Origin: an uncultured Dehalococcoidales bacterium
GTDB lineage: Bacteria > Chloroflexota > Dehalococcoidia > GIF9 > AB-539-J10
Assembly: GCA_964429285.1 (NCBI GenBank)
Contig: CAYSBO010000002.1
Span: forward strand, 1 to 42,601
Direction: 5' to 3'
DNA length: 42,601 bases
Shown here: piece after piece, positions 1 through 7,520 of the stretch
Layout of the letters: each line of letters begins with the position of its first letter
Numbering within the stretch: the first letter of the stretch is position 1
Made by a program: the position numbers and the translations under genes
Notes under the pieces: generated by a model
What the model was told of the DNA's origin: nothing
Seen by the model: the letters and a program-made list of their open reading frames with translations, nothing else
The model's database searches: none

Positions 1-699
1 TGCGTCGTTAGCCTGTTTTCTGTCCTTCTTTCTTTCTTCGGTTAACTCATTTACTTTGGCTTCCCAACCAGATACATCCTCTTCGGGCGAAAGGTCCAGT
101 TTGTTCAGAATATTTTCACCTTTGGAGCTATTGGGAATAAGGAGGATACTGCCGCTCTTTGTGCCCAGCGTTCCTATATGCAAATCTTGGCCACCGGTGG
201 CAGAAAACTTATCACATATCCGGCACACCGGCCGCATCGGCTTACCGTTCCAATTCTGCGAGGCATCCTCAAACGCTTTATCACCCTGCTTTGGATCCTT
301 GAAATAGTCTGCCAACGGCATCACGCCAGGACAGTCCATAGTGATAAGGATTATATTCTCGACGTCTACTTGCGCAAGCTTAGCTAGCTCAATTGTTGCC
401 TGCGCCTCACAGGGCCGTACGATAGCAGCTATTCTTTTGTTCCCCTTTCCACGTCTTGTAAGGCCGGAAATAACTCTAGCTCCCTGGACTGGCATAATTG
501 GAGGCAACATAGAAGATCCTTCAAGAAATGCCTCATCTCGAACTAAGAAGTAGGCAAACGAATCGCCAGTCGGCGCTCTGGCAGGAATAAGGATAGCATC
601 AAAGCAATCCTGACTAAGCGCCTGCCTTACAAGGTTGAGGATGCCTTTTTCCACACCCTCTTTTGCCTCCAGAATTGCCCCTTTTCGAGTAACAGCCAT
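1..699 (-). CDS. FrhB/FdhB-family (coenzyme F420 hydrogenase/dehydrogenase beta-subunit-like) Fe-S flavoprotein; N-terminal 233 codons, ORF runs off the left edge
   Basis: Absent from the ORF track because there is no stop in the window. Manual minus-strand translation from ATG 697-699 (SD aaGGAGttg at 701-710) is open for all 233 codons: MAVTRKGAILEAKEGVEKGILNLVRQALSQDCFDAILIPARAPTGDSFAYFLVRDE...AAIVRPCEAQATIELAKL...MRPVCRICDKFSATGGQDLHIGTLG. The RPCE and CxxCxD..(a)DhxxG segments resemble FrhB_FdhB N and C domains. Confidence 0.55.
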   Translation of the reverse strand, partial: MAVTRKGAILEAKEGVEKGILNLVRQALSQDCFDAILIPARAPTGDSFAYFLVRDEAFLEGSSMLPPIMPVQGARVISGLTRRGKGNKRIAAIVRPCEAQATIELAKLAQVDVENIILITMDCPGVMPLADYFKDPKQGDKAFEDASQNWNGKPMRPVCRICDKFSATGGQDLHIGTLGTKSGSILLIPNSSKGENILNKLDLSPEEDVSGWEAKVNELTEERKKDRKQANDA

Positions 700-877
700 A
701 TCAACTCCTTATCAATCTTACAAGCTCCCGCTGTGAAATCGCTAAGCCATATATTTCTTGAGGACGACGAGCACAGGTTACCCTGGCCAGAGCCTCAGCT
801 CTGCCCAGCTACTTGTCTCCTCAAGCTAGCAATATCTCAGCTGGTCTTTACTTATCCTATCTGCCTGTAGAACTCCC

Positions 878-1921
878 TTACAAATTCTGCATGGGTCGGA
901 CGAACCAGAAGTAGGCTAATGTCCAGCATCCGAATACGATAAAGGCACCATTCAGTATAGAACTGAGGGCAAGCTGGGGTACTCCAGTAAGAATATGGGT
1001 TATGTTACAACCGCCACCAAGGGCTGCTCCAAACCCCATAATACAGCCACCGAAGAATGTCTGGATTAATACTTTGGGCGCTGGCGCTCGCAGCGTAGCT
1101 TCACCAGCTATTTTAGCTCCTATAAAAGCCCCGAGGATGGTGAAGAGTAGCGTTACAGATAGCCACCCGATGAGGTTTTGGCCCAGTAGCAAGCTCTGCA
1201 TAGTTGTCCAGTACCCACCGCAAATAGCTAGGCCGTAGCTCCTGCCAGCAGCAGTCGAGGCGATGAAAGCAAGTATTCCTATAATAGCAATAACGATCGC
1301 AGTTGCCTGCCATCCCCAACCCCGCTTGAATATCTTGGTACCTATGGAAGCATTTTCCTCTTTCCTGGATGACCCCTCACCGCGTTTGGAACGGATAGCC
1401 CAGATAATAAGAGCGACCCCTGCAATCCCAAAGGCCAGCATATGATGAGGTATGCCGAACACATTAGCCAGCGTGAGGTTCGCTCCATCCGCCAATGTGA
1501 CTGTTGTTGCGCCTCTAAGCCACGCAACAAAAGGCTGGAAGACACCCATTGTAGTCATAAGCCCCACGAGTATTAAACCAAGGACCGCTGACATTGCGCC
1601 TACCATACCCTCTCCAAAGCGGTATGTGATCCCACTCGCACATCCACCTGCCACCACCATGCCGATGCCAAAAATGAAGCCACCCAATATATTAGCACCC
1701 CAAAAGAACGTGATGGGACTTATAGTAATCACCCCTGCCATATCCAGGGCTGCGAATGCCACCATCTGGATAAGAATGGCAAGCCCCACCGCCTTCAGGA
1801 GCGCATACTCCTTAAGTACGATGATGTCCCTAAAGGCAGAGTTCATGCAGAACCTGCCCCTCTGCAAGGCAAACCCAAAGGCTAAGCCAACGGGAATGCC
1901 GAGGAAGATCAATGGGCTCAT
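878..1921 (-). CDS. yeeE: YeeE/YedE-family sulfur (thiosulfate) transporter
   Basis: 347-aa polytopic hydrophobic ORF with three Cys motifs (GRFCMNSAF, AGGCASGITY, GGGCNITH) typical of YeeE/YedE. ATG 1919-1921 is preceded by aaGGGGGGa. There is a 2-nt gap to the upstream TusA-like gene. Confidence 0.85.
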   Translation of the reverse strand: MSPLIFLGIPVGLAFGFALQRGRFCMNSAFRDIIVLKEYALLKAVGLAILIQMVAFAALDMAGVITISPITFFWGANILGGFIFGIGMVVAGGCASGITYRFGEGMVGAMSAVLGLILVGLMTTMGVFQPFVAWLRGATTVTLADGANLTLANVFGIPHHMLAFGIAGVALIIWAIRSKRGEGSSRKEENASIGTKIFKRGWGWQATAIVIAIIGILAFIASTAAGRSYGLAICGGYWTTMQSLLLGQNLIGWLSVTLLFTILGAFIGAKIAGEATLRAPAPKVLIQTFFGGCIMGFGAALGGGCNITHILTGVPQLALSSILNGAFIVFGCWTLAYFWFVRPMQNL

Positions 1922-1923
1922 TT

Positions 1924-2172
1924 CTATCCCCCCTTCGCCTCGATGAATATTTTGTGGTTGGGGCCATCAAGTCGCTCTACTTTCAGCACCTTGTGCCCGT
2001 TCTTTTCAGCGTTACCGGGGATACGTTCTACTGAGAGCGGATAATCAACCAGCACCTCCAGTATTTTGCCCTGTTCCATCTTTTTGAGCTTTACCATAGT
2101 CTTAACATCGGGATTGGGACAGATTTCTCCTCTCACATCCAGAGTCTCGTCGGCTTTGATCTCTTCTGCCAT
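1924..2172 (-). CDS. TusA/SirA-family sulfur carrier (YeeD/TsuB-like partner of YeeE)
   Basis: 82 aa. LDVRGEICPNPDVKT carries the CPxP persulfide-carrier motif. SD aAAGGAGaagg lies before ATG 2170-2172. The gene sits immediately upstream of yeeE, as in yeeD-yeeE pairs. Confidence 0.8.
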   Translation of the reverse strand: MAEEIKADETLDVRGEICPNPDVKTMVKLKKMEQGKILEVLVDYPLSVERIPGNAEKNGHKVLKVERLDGPNHKIFIEAKGG

Positions 2173-2252
2173 GTTCCTTCTCCTTTCTTAAGTACTTACT
2201 AATGAACTATACCTTAGCCTGGCTAAAGCAAAGTCAAGCCAGTTATCTGTCT

Positions 2253-3293
2253 TTAGCCACAGGCGCCATCACCTCCATCTGGCGGTGTTGGCACTGCCTC
2301 ACCAGCACCGGTCTCGAACGGATAATCCAAGCTCGTGTCTGGATTGAACCCACCAGGGGCAATATCCGTATCCTTCGTCCAGGAAGTCATGCCCCAATGC
2401 AGGTTGACTGCATTGTAGCCAAGTACATTTAGGATAGCCGTGGCCTGGCTTCCGGTACGGCCGGTGTAGCAGTAGACAACGATCTGCCTACTGGGGTCAA
2501 GTTTTTGCAGATTTTCCCTTTTCGCTATGCCAGTGAGGGCTATATTAACTGCTCCGGGAATATGGCCTTTGGCGTACTGTTCAGCAGTACGAACACTGAT
2601 GATTATGGGGTCGTTAGCTGGGTCGCCACCGGTGATCAGAGCATAGACGTCTGTAGCCGATATATCTTTATGTGAGCCACTAGCATAGTTGTAGCAGGCA
2701 GTTCGAATAATCTCTGTCGGGCTTGTCGAGGCTGTGTTCTCAATCGTAGGCAGAGGGTAGGTCTCATTAAACGTGTTAGCCGTCATCTCAATGGGGTAGT
2801 CCATGGCACTCTCCGGGTCGAAACGATAAGGAGCTACCTCGGTATCCTTTGTCCAGCCAGTCATTCCCCATTTAAGGTTGGTGGCATTATAGCCACACAG
2901 ATTGAGAAGTGCAGCTACCCTACTCCCAGTGTGCCCGGTGTAACAGTAGACCACGATTTCCTTGTCTTGAGGCAGCCTGGTCAGGTTCCCTGTCTTGAAG
3001 ACTCCCGCCATGGGTATGTTGACTGCTCCCGGGATATGGCCTAGCTCGTAGATATCGGGTGCCCGGATGCTGAGTATGAAGGGATCGTTATCCAGGTTAC
3101 GGTCGAGGAGGTTGGAGCACAGGTCTTTTTCCGCCATGTTCCATACGGTGGTGGGCGCATTCAGGTACCCGTCTGCTGCCTCGCGGATGACTTCAAACTC
3201 CGATACGGCTGGTGCCTCTGGGGTAGCTCCTGCTAACACTGGTACAAGTACAAGTAGAATGATTCCCAGAACGAATAGGGCAATCCTTTTCAT
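2253..3293 (-). CDS. Secreted tandem rhodanese-domain sulfurtransferase
   Basis: 346 aa. The N-terminal Sec-type signal is MKRIALFVLGIILLVLVPVLAGA. Two rhodanese modules each carry an active-site loop (VVYCYTGHTGS and VVYCYTGRTGS) and the context GHIPGAVNI. The C-terminus ends in ...PPDGGDGACG. Confidence 0.8.
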   Translation of the reverse strand: MKRIALFVLGIILLVLVPVLAGATPEAPAVSEFEVIREAADGYLNAPTTVWNMAEKDLCSNLLDRNLDNDPFILSIRAPDIYELGHIPGAVNIPMAGVFKTGNLTRLPQDKEIVVYCYTGHTGSRVAALLNLCGYNATNLKWGMTGWTKDTEVAPYRFDPESAMDYPIEMTANTFNETYPLPTIENTASTSPTEIIRTACYNYASGSHKDISATDVYALITGGDPANDPIIISVRTAEQYAKGHIPGAVNIALTGIAKRENLQKLDPSRQIVVYCYTGRTGSQATAILNVLGYNAVNLHWGMTSWTKDTDIAPGGFNPDTSLDYPFETGAGEAVPTPPDGGDGACG

Positions 3294-3333
3294 TTTTTAT
3301 CCTCTCTTCTTGGCATTTTGTGTCTTCCTTCGT

Positions 3334-5031
3334 TTATTTTAGTAGTGCTTCGACCTCTTGATAGATCTCTGTAAAGGTGAAATGCTTCAATTTCGCCGCG
3401 CCGGAAGGACATGCAGCGGCACAGTTTCCGCAACCGTGGCACAGGACCTCGTTTGCAACTGAGATTTTCCTGTATTCGTCGAAGGTAATGGCCCCAAAGG
3501 GACAGACATCAATGCAGGTTTTACATCCAGCACAGAAGGTCTCAGATATCTCGCATACTCTCACCTCCAGTTCTAACTTTCTACCTGGAACCAGTGCCGA
3601 CAGTATCTTGCCTGCTGCCGCCTCTGCCTGAACCATTGACTCAGCAATGCTTTTGGGCCCTTGAGCACAACCAACGACGAATATCCCCTCCACGGCGGAT
3701 GCTACCGGTGAGAGGAGCTCATGCTCTTCAGCATAAAAGCCCCTTTCGTCTTGCTGGAGCTTAAACATCTCAGCAAACTTGTGGGCATCGCCGCTCGGTT
3801 CCATCGCCGGCAGCAGAATTACCATATCTGCCTGTAAGTTCCCTTTTTGAGCGGTTTCCGTTTCATATTTGATGGCTAGACCTCTTTCGCTGCCAGTAAC
3901 CTCAGTCCTGGCAGAGCGGACAAACTCAGCTCCGAGCTTCTTCGTGTCTTCGTAGAACTTCTGATACGCCTTGCCCGGAATGCATAGATCAGAGTAGAGA
4001 TGAGATATTTTGACCTTGGGAAGCTGCGATTTCAGCACCCGGTCAAATTTCAGGGAGTACAGGCAGCATACCTTGGAGCAGTAACCCTTCTCTTCTCGGC
4101 CTACACAATGAATAATAGCTACTGATTCGGGGGGCTTGCCATTGTTGAGCAGGATTTTGCCACCGCCAGGCGCGTCAGCTAGGTTCATTTCCTCGAATTC
4201 CATGCTCGTATAAACATCATCGAGCTTTCCGTATCCATACTGGGCCAGTTTACTGACATCAAACGGCTCAAACCCGGTTGCCAGGACCACGGCTCCAACA
4301 TTGAATTTCGATTGGTCGTCCTGTGCCTTCGTTCTCAGTGTTACTTCGAAGTTTCCGAGGAACCCTAGAACTTGCTCAACCTCGGTCTCGGTGAGCACCT
4401 CAACATTTCCGTTTTCCCCAAGGCTTTTTACTTCCTCTTCAACAAGCTTTGAGCCAGATTCCATGTTGGTGAATAGCGTGCTAAAGCTCTTTACTTTGCC
4501 TCCAAGGGAAGCATCTTTCTCAACAAGGTATACCTTCCTATCGGGAGCAGCAAGGACATTGGCGGCTTTGATCCCGGCAATACCGCCACCAATCACCAGC
4601 ACGTCCGGATTGCAGTCTACCTCTGTCTTTTCCAGGGCTTCCTGGTAATGTACCCTGTTGACGCCGGCCGTTATCAGCCTTATTGCCTTCTCCGTGGCTT
4701 CCGTTCCGTCCGGCGTAACCCAGGCACACTGCTCCCGTATGTTGACAAGCTGACAGAGCTGGGGATTGAGACCTGCCTGTTCGCATACATTCATGAAGGT
4801 CACCTCATGCTGCCTCGGCGAGCAAGCGGCAATCACCACATGCGTCAAGCCATGCTCTTCAATGCTTTGCTTCAGGTATTCTTGTCCGTCCCCGGAACAC
4901 AGAAGCTTATACCTGTCAACAACTGCCACGTCTTTAAGAGGCGAGAGTGCAGCGATCACCCTGTCGATATCTATTTTCTCGGCTATGTTAGTGCCGCACT
5001 CACATACATATACACCTATTTTCTTCGCCAT
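3334..5031 (-). CDS. hdrA: HdrA-like FAD/Fe-S oxidoreductase with N-terminal Cys domain and C-terminal 2x[4Fe-4S] domain but no inserted ferredoxin domain
   Basis: 565 aa. Motifs: N-terminal IGVYVCECGTNIA, Rossmann VLVIGGGIAGIKAA, HCVGREEKGYCSKVCC (HdrA cluster motif), C-terminal CAGCKTCIDVCPFGAI and CHGCGNCAAACPSGA. SD GAGGAA lies before ATG 5029-5031. Confidence 0.85.
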   Translation of the reverse strand: MAKKIGVYVCECGTNIAEKIDIDRVIAALSPLKDVAVVDRYKLLCSGDGQEYLKQSIEEHGLTHVVIAACSPRQHEVTFMNVCEQAGLNPQLCQLVNIREQCAWVTPDGTEATEKAIRLITAGVNRVHYQEALEKTEVDCNPDVLVIGGGIAGIKAANVLAAPDRKVYLVEKDASLGGKVKSFSTLFTNMESGSKLVEEEVKSLGENGNVEVLTETEVEQVLGFLGNFEVTLRTKAQDDQSKFNVGAVVLATGFEPFDVSKLAQYGYGKLDDVYTSMEFEEMNLADAPGGGKILLNNGKPPESVAIIHCVGREEKGYCSKVCCLYSLKFDRVLKSQLPKVKISHLYSDLCIPGKAYQKFYEDTKKLGAEFVRSARTEVTGSERGLAIKYETETAQKGNLQADMVILLPAMEPSGDAHKFAEMFKLQQDERGFYAEEHELLSPVASAVEGIFVVGCAQGPKSIAESMVQAEAAAGKILSALVPGRKLELEVRVCEISETFCAGCKTCIDVCPFGAITFDEYRKISVANEVLCHGCGNCAAACPSGAAKLKHFTFTEIYQEVEALLK

Positions 5032-5042
5032 GTGCTATTCCT

Positions 5043-6323
5043 CTACCTTCTTAGTGCCAGTACTCTTCCAGCTGCTGCCTCTGCATCAGCTATCGTCTCA
5101 GCAATATCTTTAGGGTTTTGGGCACACCCGGCAATAAATATGCCATCTCGTGGGGTAACTACGGAAGTAAGATCCGGTTCCTTCTCACTGAAAAAGCCGT
5201 CCTGCCCCTGGGAAATACCTAGAATCTGTGCCAGTTCTGCTGAATCCGCCGCCGGTTCGAGCGCTGGGTTGAGTATAACCATATCCACGGTCAGTGTATT
5301 ATCCTTGCCATCTTCCGATTTGTATTTGATGTCCAGTCCCTTACCTGACTGTGAGACTTCAGTTACCGTAGCCCTGATGAAATCAACCCCGCCTTCCTTT
5401 ACCTCCTGGTAAAACTTCTGATAGGTTTTGCCAGGGATAGAGAGGTCGGTGTAAAACTGGGTTATTTTGACTTTGGGTAGTTTGTGCTTAACAAAGTGCG
5501 CGATTTTGAGAGAAGCCATACAGCAGACTGAAGAGCAGTAGCCCTTCTCCTCTCGCCCTACACAATGAATAATGGCCATTGATTTCGGCTGTTGTCCGTT
5601 CTTGAGGACTATTTGTCCCTGAGTAGGTCCGTTAGAGGCGCATACCCTCTCAAATTCCATGGCAGAATAGACGTTGTCCAACTTCTTGTATCCAAACTGG
5701 CTGATTCCACTGGGGTCAAATGACTTGAAACCGGTGGCCACAACAATGGCGCCAACCTCAATTTCGAGCTCTTCATCCTGCTGGTTGAAGTCAATTGCTT
5801 CGAATACGCAGGCTTCCTGACAGGCCTGGCACTCTTGCCCTTTAAAACGCAGGCAATTCTCTGTGTCAACAACGGGAATGGCGGGCAAAGACCCGGCACA
5901 CGGGACATATATTGCCTTTCTCTTTGAGAGCCCCTCCTCAAATTCGTTGTCTACCTCTACCGGGCAGGGATCGAAGCAGGCACCGCAACTGATGCAGCTT
6001 TCCATGTCAACGTAGCCCGCCCTTTTCTTGATTTTCACCGAAAAACTGCCCGGAGAGCCGCTGACAGCTTCTACCTGGCTGAGCCTCAGAAGTTCAATAT
6101 TCTTATTGTCCAGTACCTCTTCCAACTTCGGTGCCATGATACAGCCTACGCACTCCATGCTGGGGAATGCATCTTCGAGCTTAATTACATTGCCACCGAT
6201 ATATGAGTTCTTTTCAACGAGGTATACCTGTCTCCCTGACTTAGCCAGCAGTGAGCTTGCCTCAACGCCAGCAATCCCGGCACCGATAACGAGTATCGAG
6301 TTGTTTTGTCCGCTGTTGTTCAT
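5043..6323 (-). CDS. hdrA: HdrA-like FAD/Fe-S oxidoreductase, core plus inserted ferredoxin domain only (no N-terminal or C-terminal Fe-S domains)
   Basis: 426 aa, starting directly at the Rossmann fold ILVIGAGIAGVEAS. Other motifs: FPSMECVGCIMAPKL, inserted CISCGACFDPCP and CQACQEACVFEAI, HCVGREEKGYCSSVCC. It ends after IFIAGCAQNPKDI...AAAGRVLALRR. Confidence 0.85.
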   Translation of the reverse strand: MNNSGQNNSILVIGAGIAGVEASSLLAKSGRQVYLVEKNSYIGGNVIKLEDAFPSMECVGCIMAPKLEEVLDNKNIELLRLSQVEAVSGSPGSFSVKIKKRAGYVDMESCISCGACFDPCPVEVDNEFEEGLSKRKAIYVPCAGSLPAIPVVDTENCLRFKGQECQACQEACVFEAIDFNQQDEELEIEVGAIVVATGFKSFDPSGISQFGYKKLDNVYSAMEFERVCASNGPTQGQIVLKNGQQPKSMAIIHCVGREEKGYCSSVCCMASLKIAHFVKHKLPKVKITQFYTDLSIPGKTYQKFYQEVKEGGVDFIRATVTEVSQSGKGLDIKYKSEDGKDNTLTVDMVILNPALEPAADSAELAQILGISQGQDGFFSEKEPDLTSVVTPRDGIFIAGCAQNPKDIAETIADAEAAAGRVLALRR

Positions 6324-6336
6324 TTCATCTCCATCG

Positions 6337-6762
6337 CTATATCACAACCTTTTGCTTCGTAGGGTTGGGCCCCATTTGCCTGACTTTGTTGGCAAATTCG
6401 TTGGTTACCTCGGCGAACCTTTGCCCTTCAGTGGCTGATATCCACGCTAGCATGAGCCTGTCTGACTCCAGGCCTAATGTTTCAAGGGTTTGCTTAAGAA
6501 GGGCAAATCTTCGGCGGGCATAATAGTTCCCTTCCCTATAGTGACAGTCTCCCGGATGGCACCCAGCAATGAGCACGCCGTCTGCACCACGCAGCAGAGC
6601 TGTAGCCGCAAGAACCGGGTCAACCCTGCCAGAACACATCACCCGGATAACCGAGAGAAACGAGGGGATTTCTAGCTTCGCCGTCCCGGCAAGGTCAGCA
6701 GCAGCGTAAGTACACCAGTTGCACAGGAAACCAACTATTCGAGGTGTAAATTCTTTCGCCAT
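6337..6762 (-). CDS. mvhD: MvhD/FlpD-like [2Fe-2S] electron-transfer protein (methyl-viologen-reducing hydrogenase delta-subunit family)
   Basis: 141 aa with FLCNWCTYAAADLAGT, VMCSGRVDP and GADGVLIAGCHPGDCHY, the classical MvhD signature. There is a 13-nt gap to the downstream hdrA-like gene. Confidence 0.85.
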   Translation of the reverse strand: MAKEFTPRIVGFLCNWCTYAAADLAGTAKLEIPSFLSVIRVMCSGRVDPVLAATALLRGADGVLIAGCHPGDCHYREGNYYARRRFALLKQTLETLGLESDRLMLAWISATEGQRFAEVTNEFANKVRQMGPNPTKQKVVI

Positions 6763-6774
6763 GAATATCCCTGC

Positions 6775-7002
6775 TCAGAACTGGACCTGGGCCTTGAAAT
6801 TTCCACCTCCCTCATCCACGCACATAAGCAGCGTCTTGCCCGCCTTCTTGCACCAACCTTCCATGCTGTGGGGGAAGGTGTCGCAGTCAGAGAGCACCTC
6901 TACAGTGTCTCCCGGCTGGACATTTTGTTTGGCATAGACAGCCAACTTGAGCACCGGCTCGGGGCATTTGAGTCCCTTGTAGTCTAGATTATGTGTTGCC
7001 AT
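6775..7002 (-). CDS. TusA-family sulfur carrier protein
   Basis: 75 aa. LDYKGLKCPEPVLKL carries the CPxP motif. SD AAGGAGG lies before ATG 7000-7002. Confidence 0.75.
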   Translation of the reverse strand: MATHNLDYKGLKCPEPVLKLAVYAKQNVQPGDTVEVLSDCDTFPHSMEGWCKKAGKTLLMCVDEGGGNFKAQVQF

Positions 7003-7069
7003 CTGAACCTCCTTTAAATGTTATTTATGCTAATTCTTTATTTCTGCCTTTTTCAATAATCCTTGACCC

Positions 7070-7429
7070 TTAGAAAGAGAAAGTCAGCTGGGCATCCCTG
7101 GCTTCATCGAGAAACGTAGGAGCGTCCACGACTTCCACTCCTTCTCTTAAATCTTCTCGCTTAATACCCTTGACTCCGAATGCCAGCTCACAGAGCAGCA
7201 CCCTGCCTCCCAGAATCTGAAAGCCTTCAAGCAGTCCCATTAGGTCAGACCAGCCCTTGGCTTTCGAATTAATATTCTCCAGTGCTCCCTTCACCAGGGC
7301 CGGTGCTCCATCGGGCTCGAAAAACAGCACCACATCGTCGCCACCCGCCACTGCCGCGGAGCCGAGAACAAAAGTAGGGAAGATACTCCGTTCATCTGCC
7401 CCGTTAACCGTAATCGCTACTTTAGCCAT
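7070..7429 (-). CDS. DsrE/DsrF-like (DrsE_2-type) sulfur-relay family protein
   Basis: 119 aa. MAKVAITVNGADERSIFPTFVLGSAAVAGGDDVVLFFEPDGAPALVKG has the DsrE-like Rossmann-type beginning, and there is a single Cys in LLCELAFG. SD GGAGG lies before ATG 7427-7429. The gene is adjacent to a TusA gene, a frequent DsrE-TusA pairing. Confidence 0.6.
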   Translation of the reverse strand: MAKVAITVNGADERSIFPTFVLGSAAVAGGDDVVLFFEPDGAPALVKGALENINSKAKGWSDLMGLLEGFQILGGRVLLCELAFGVKGIKREDLREGVEVVDAPTFLDEARDAQLTFSF

Positions 7430-7462
7430 ATTGTGCCTCCTTTACTTTTTGCTCTTCTGCTT

Positions 7463-7486
7463 CTGTGATGTCCTCAGAGATCACAG
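7463..7486. promoter_or_regulatory. Perfect inverted repeat CTGTGAT-N10-ATCACAG in the mvhD/dsrE-like intergenic gap
   Basis: Read directly: ctgtgat (7463-7469) and atcacag (7480-7486). It lies 34 nt upstream of the dsrE-like start on the transcribed strand. It could be an operator or an RNA hairpin; there is no U-tract. Confidence 0.25.
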
Positions 7487-7520
7487 AGCCTAGTTATCTG
7501 GCTCACCTCAATCGTGAAGA

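Noticed and set aside
788-803. Small GC hairpins in intergenic gaps: CAGAGCctcaGCTCTG at 788-803, CTGGCT..AGCCAG at about 2216-2243, and ACCTC..GAGGT at about 26253-26279.
   Set aside because: The stems are short (5-6 bp), have no following U-tract on the relevant strand, and in two cases have long loops. They are too weak to call as terminators.
1452-1946. Long antisense ORFs opposite real genes, e.g. 1452-1946, 4648-5412, 6028-6438, 7959-8501, 9971-10396, 11633-12286, 13646-14068, 31562-32239, 37914-38537, 39179-39904 and 40371-40775.
   Set aside because: They overlap strongly supported genes on the other strand, lack SD sequences, and have low-complexity Pro/Ser/Ala/Arg-rich composition. 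Several are mirrored between the nfnB paralogues, as expected for shadow frames. I treat them as non-coding.
2341-2354. tRNA T-arm-like string (the reverse complement GGTGGGTTCAATCC).
   Set aside because: It lies inside the rhodanese coding frame. I could not fold any flanking acceptor, D or anticodon arms. I found no tRNA or rRNA genes anywhere in the window.
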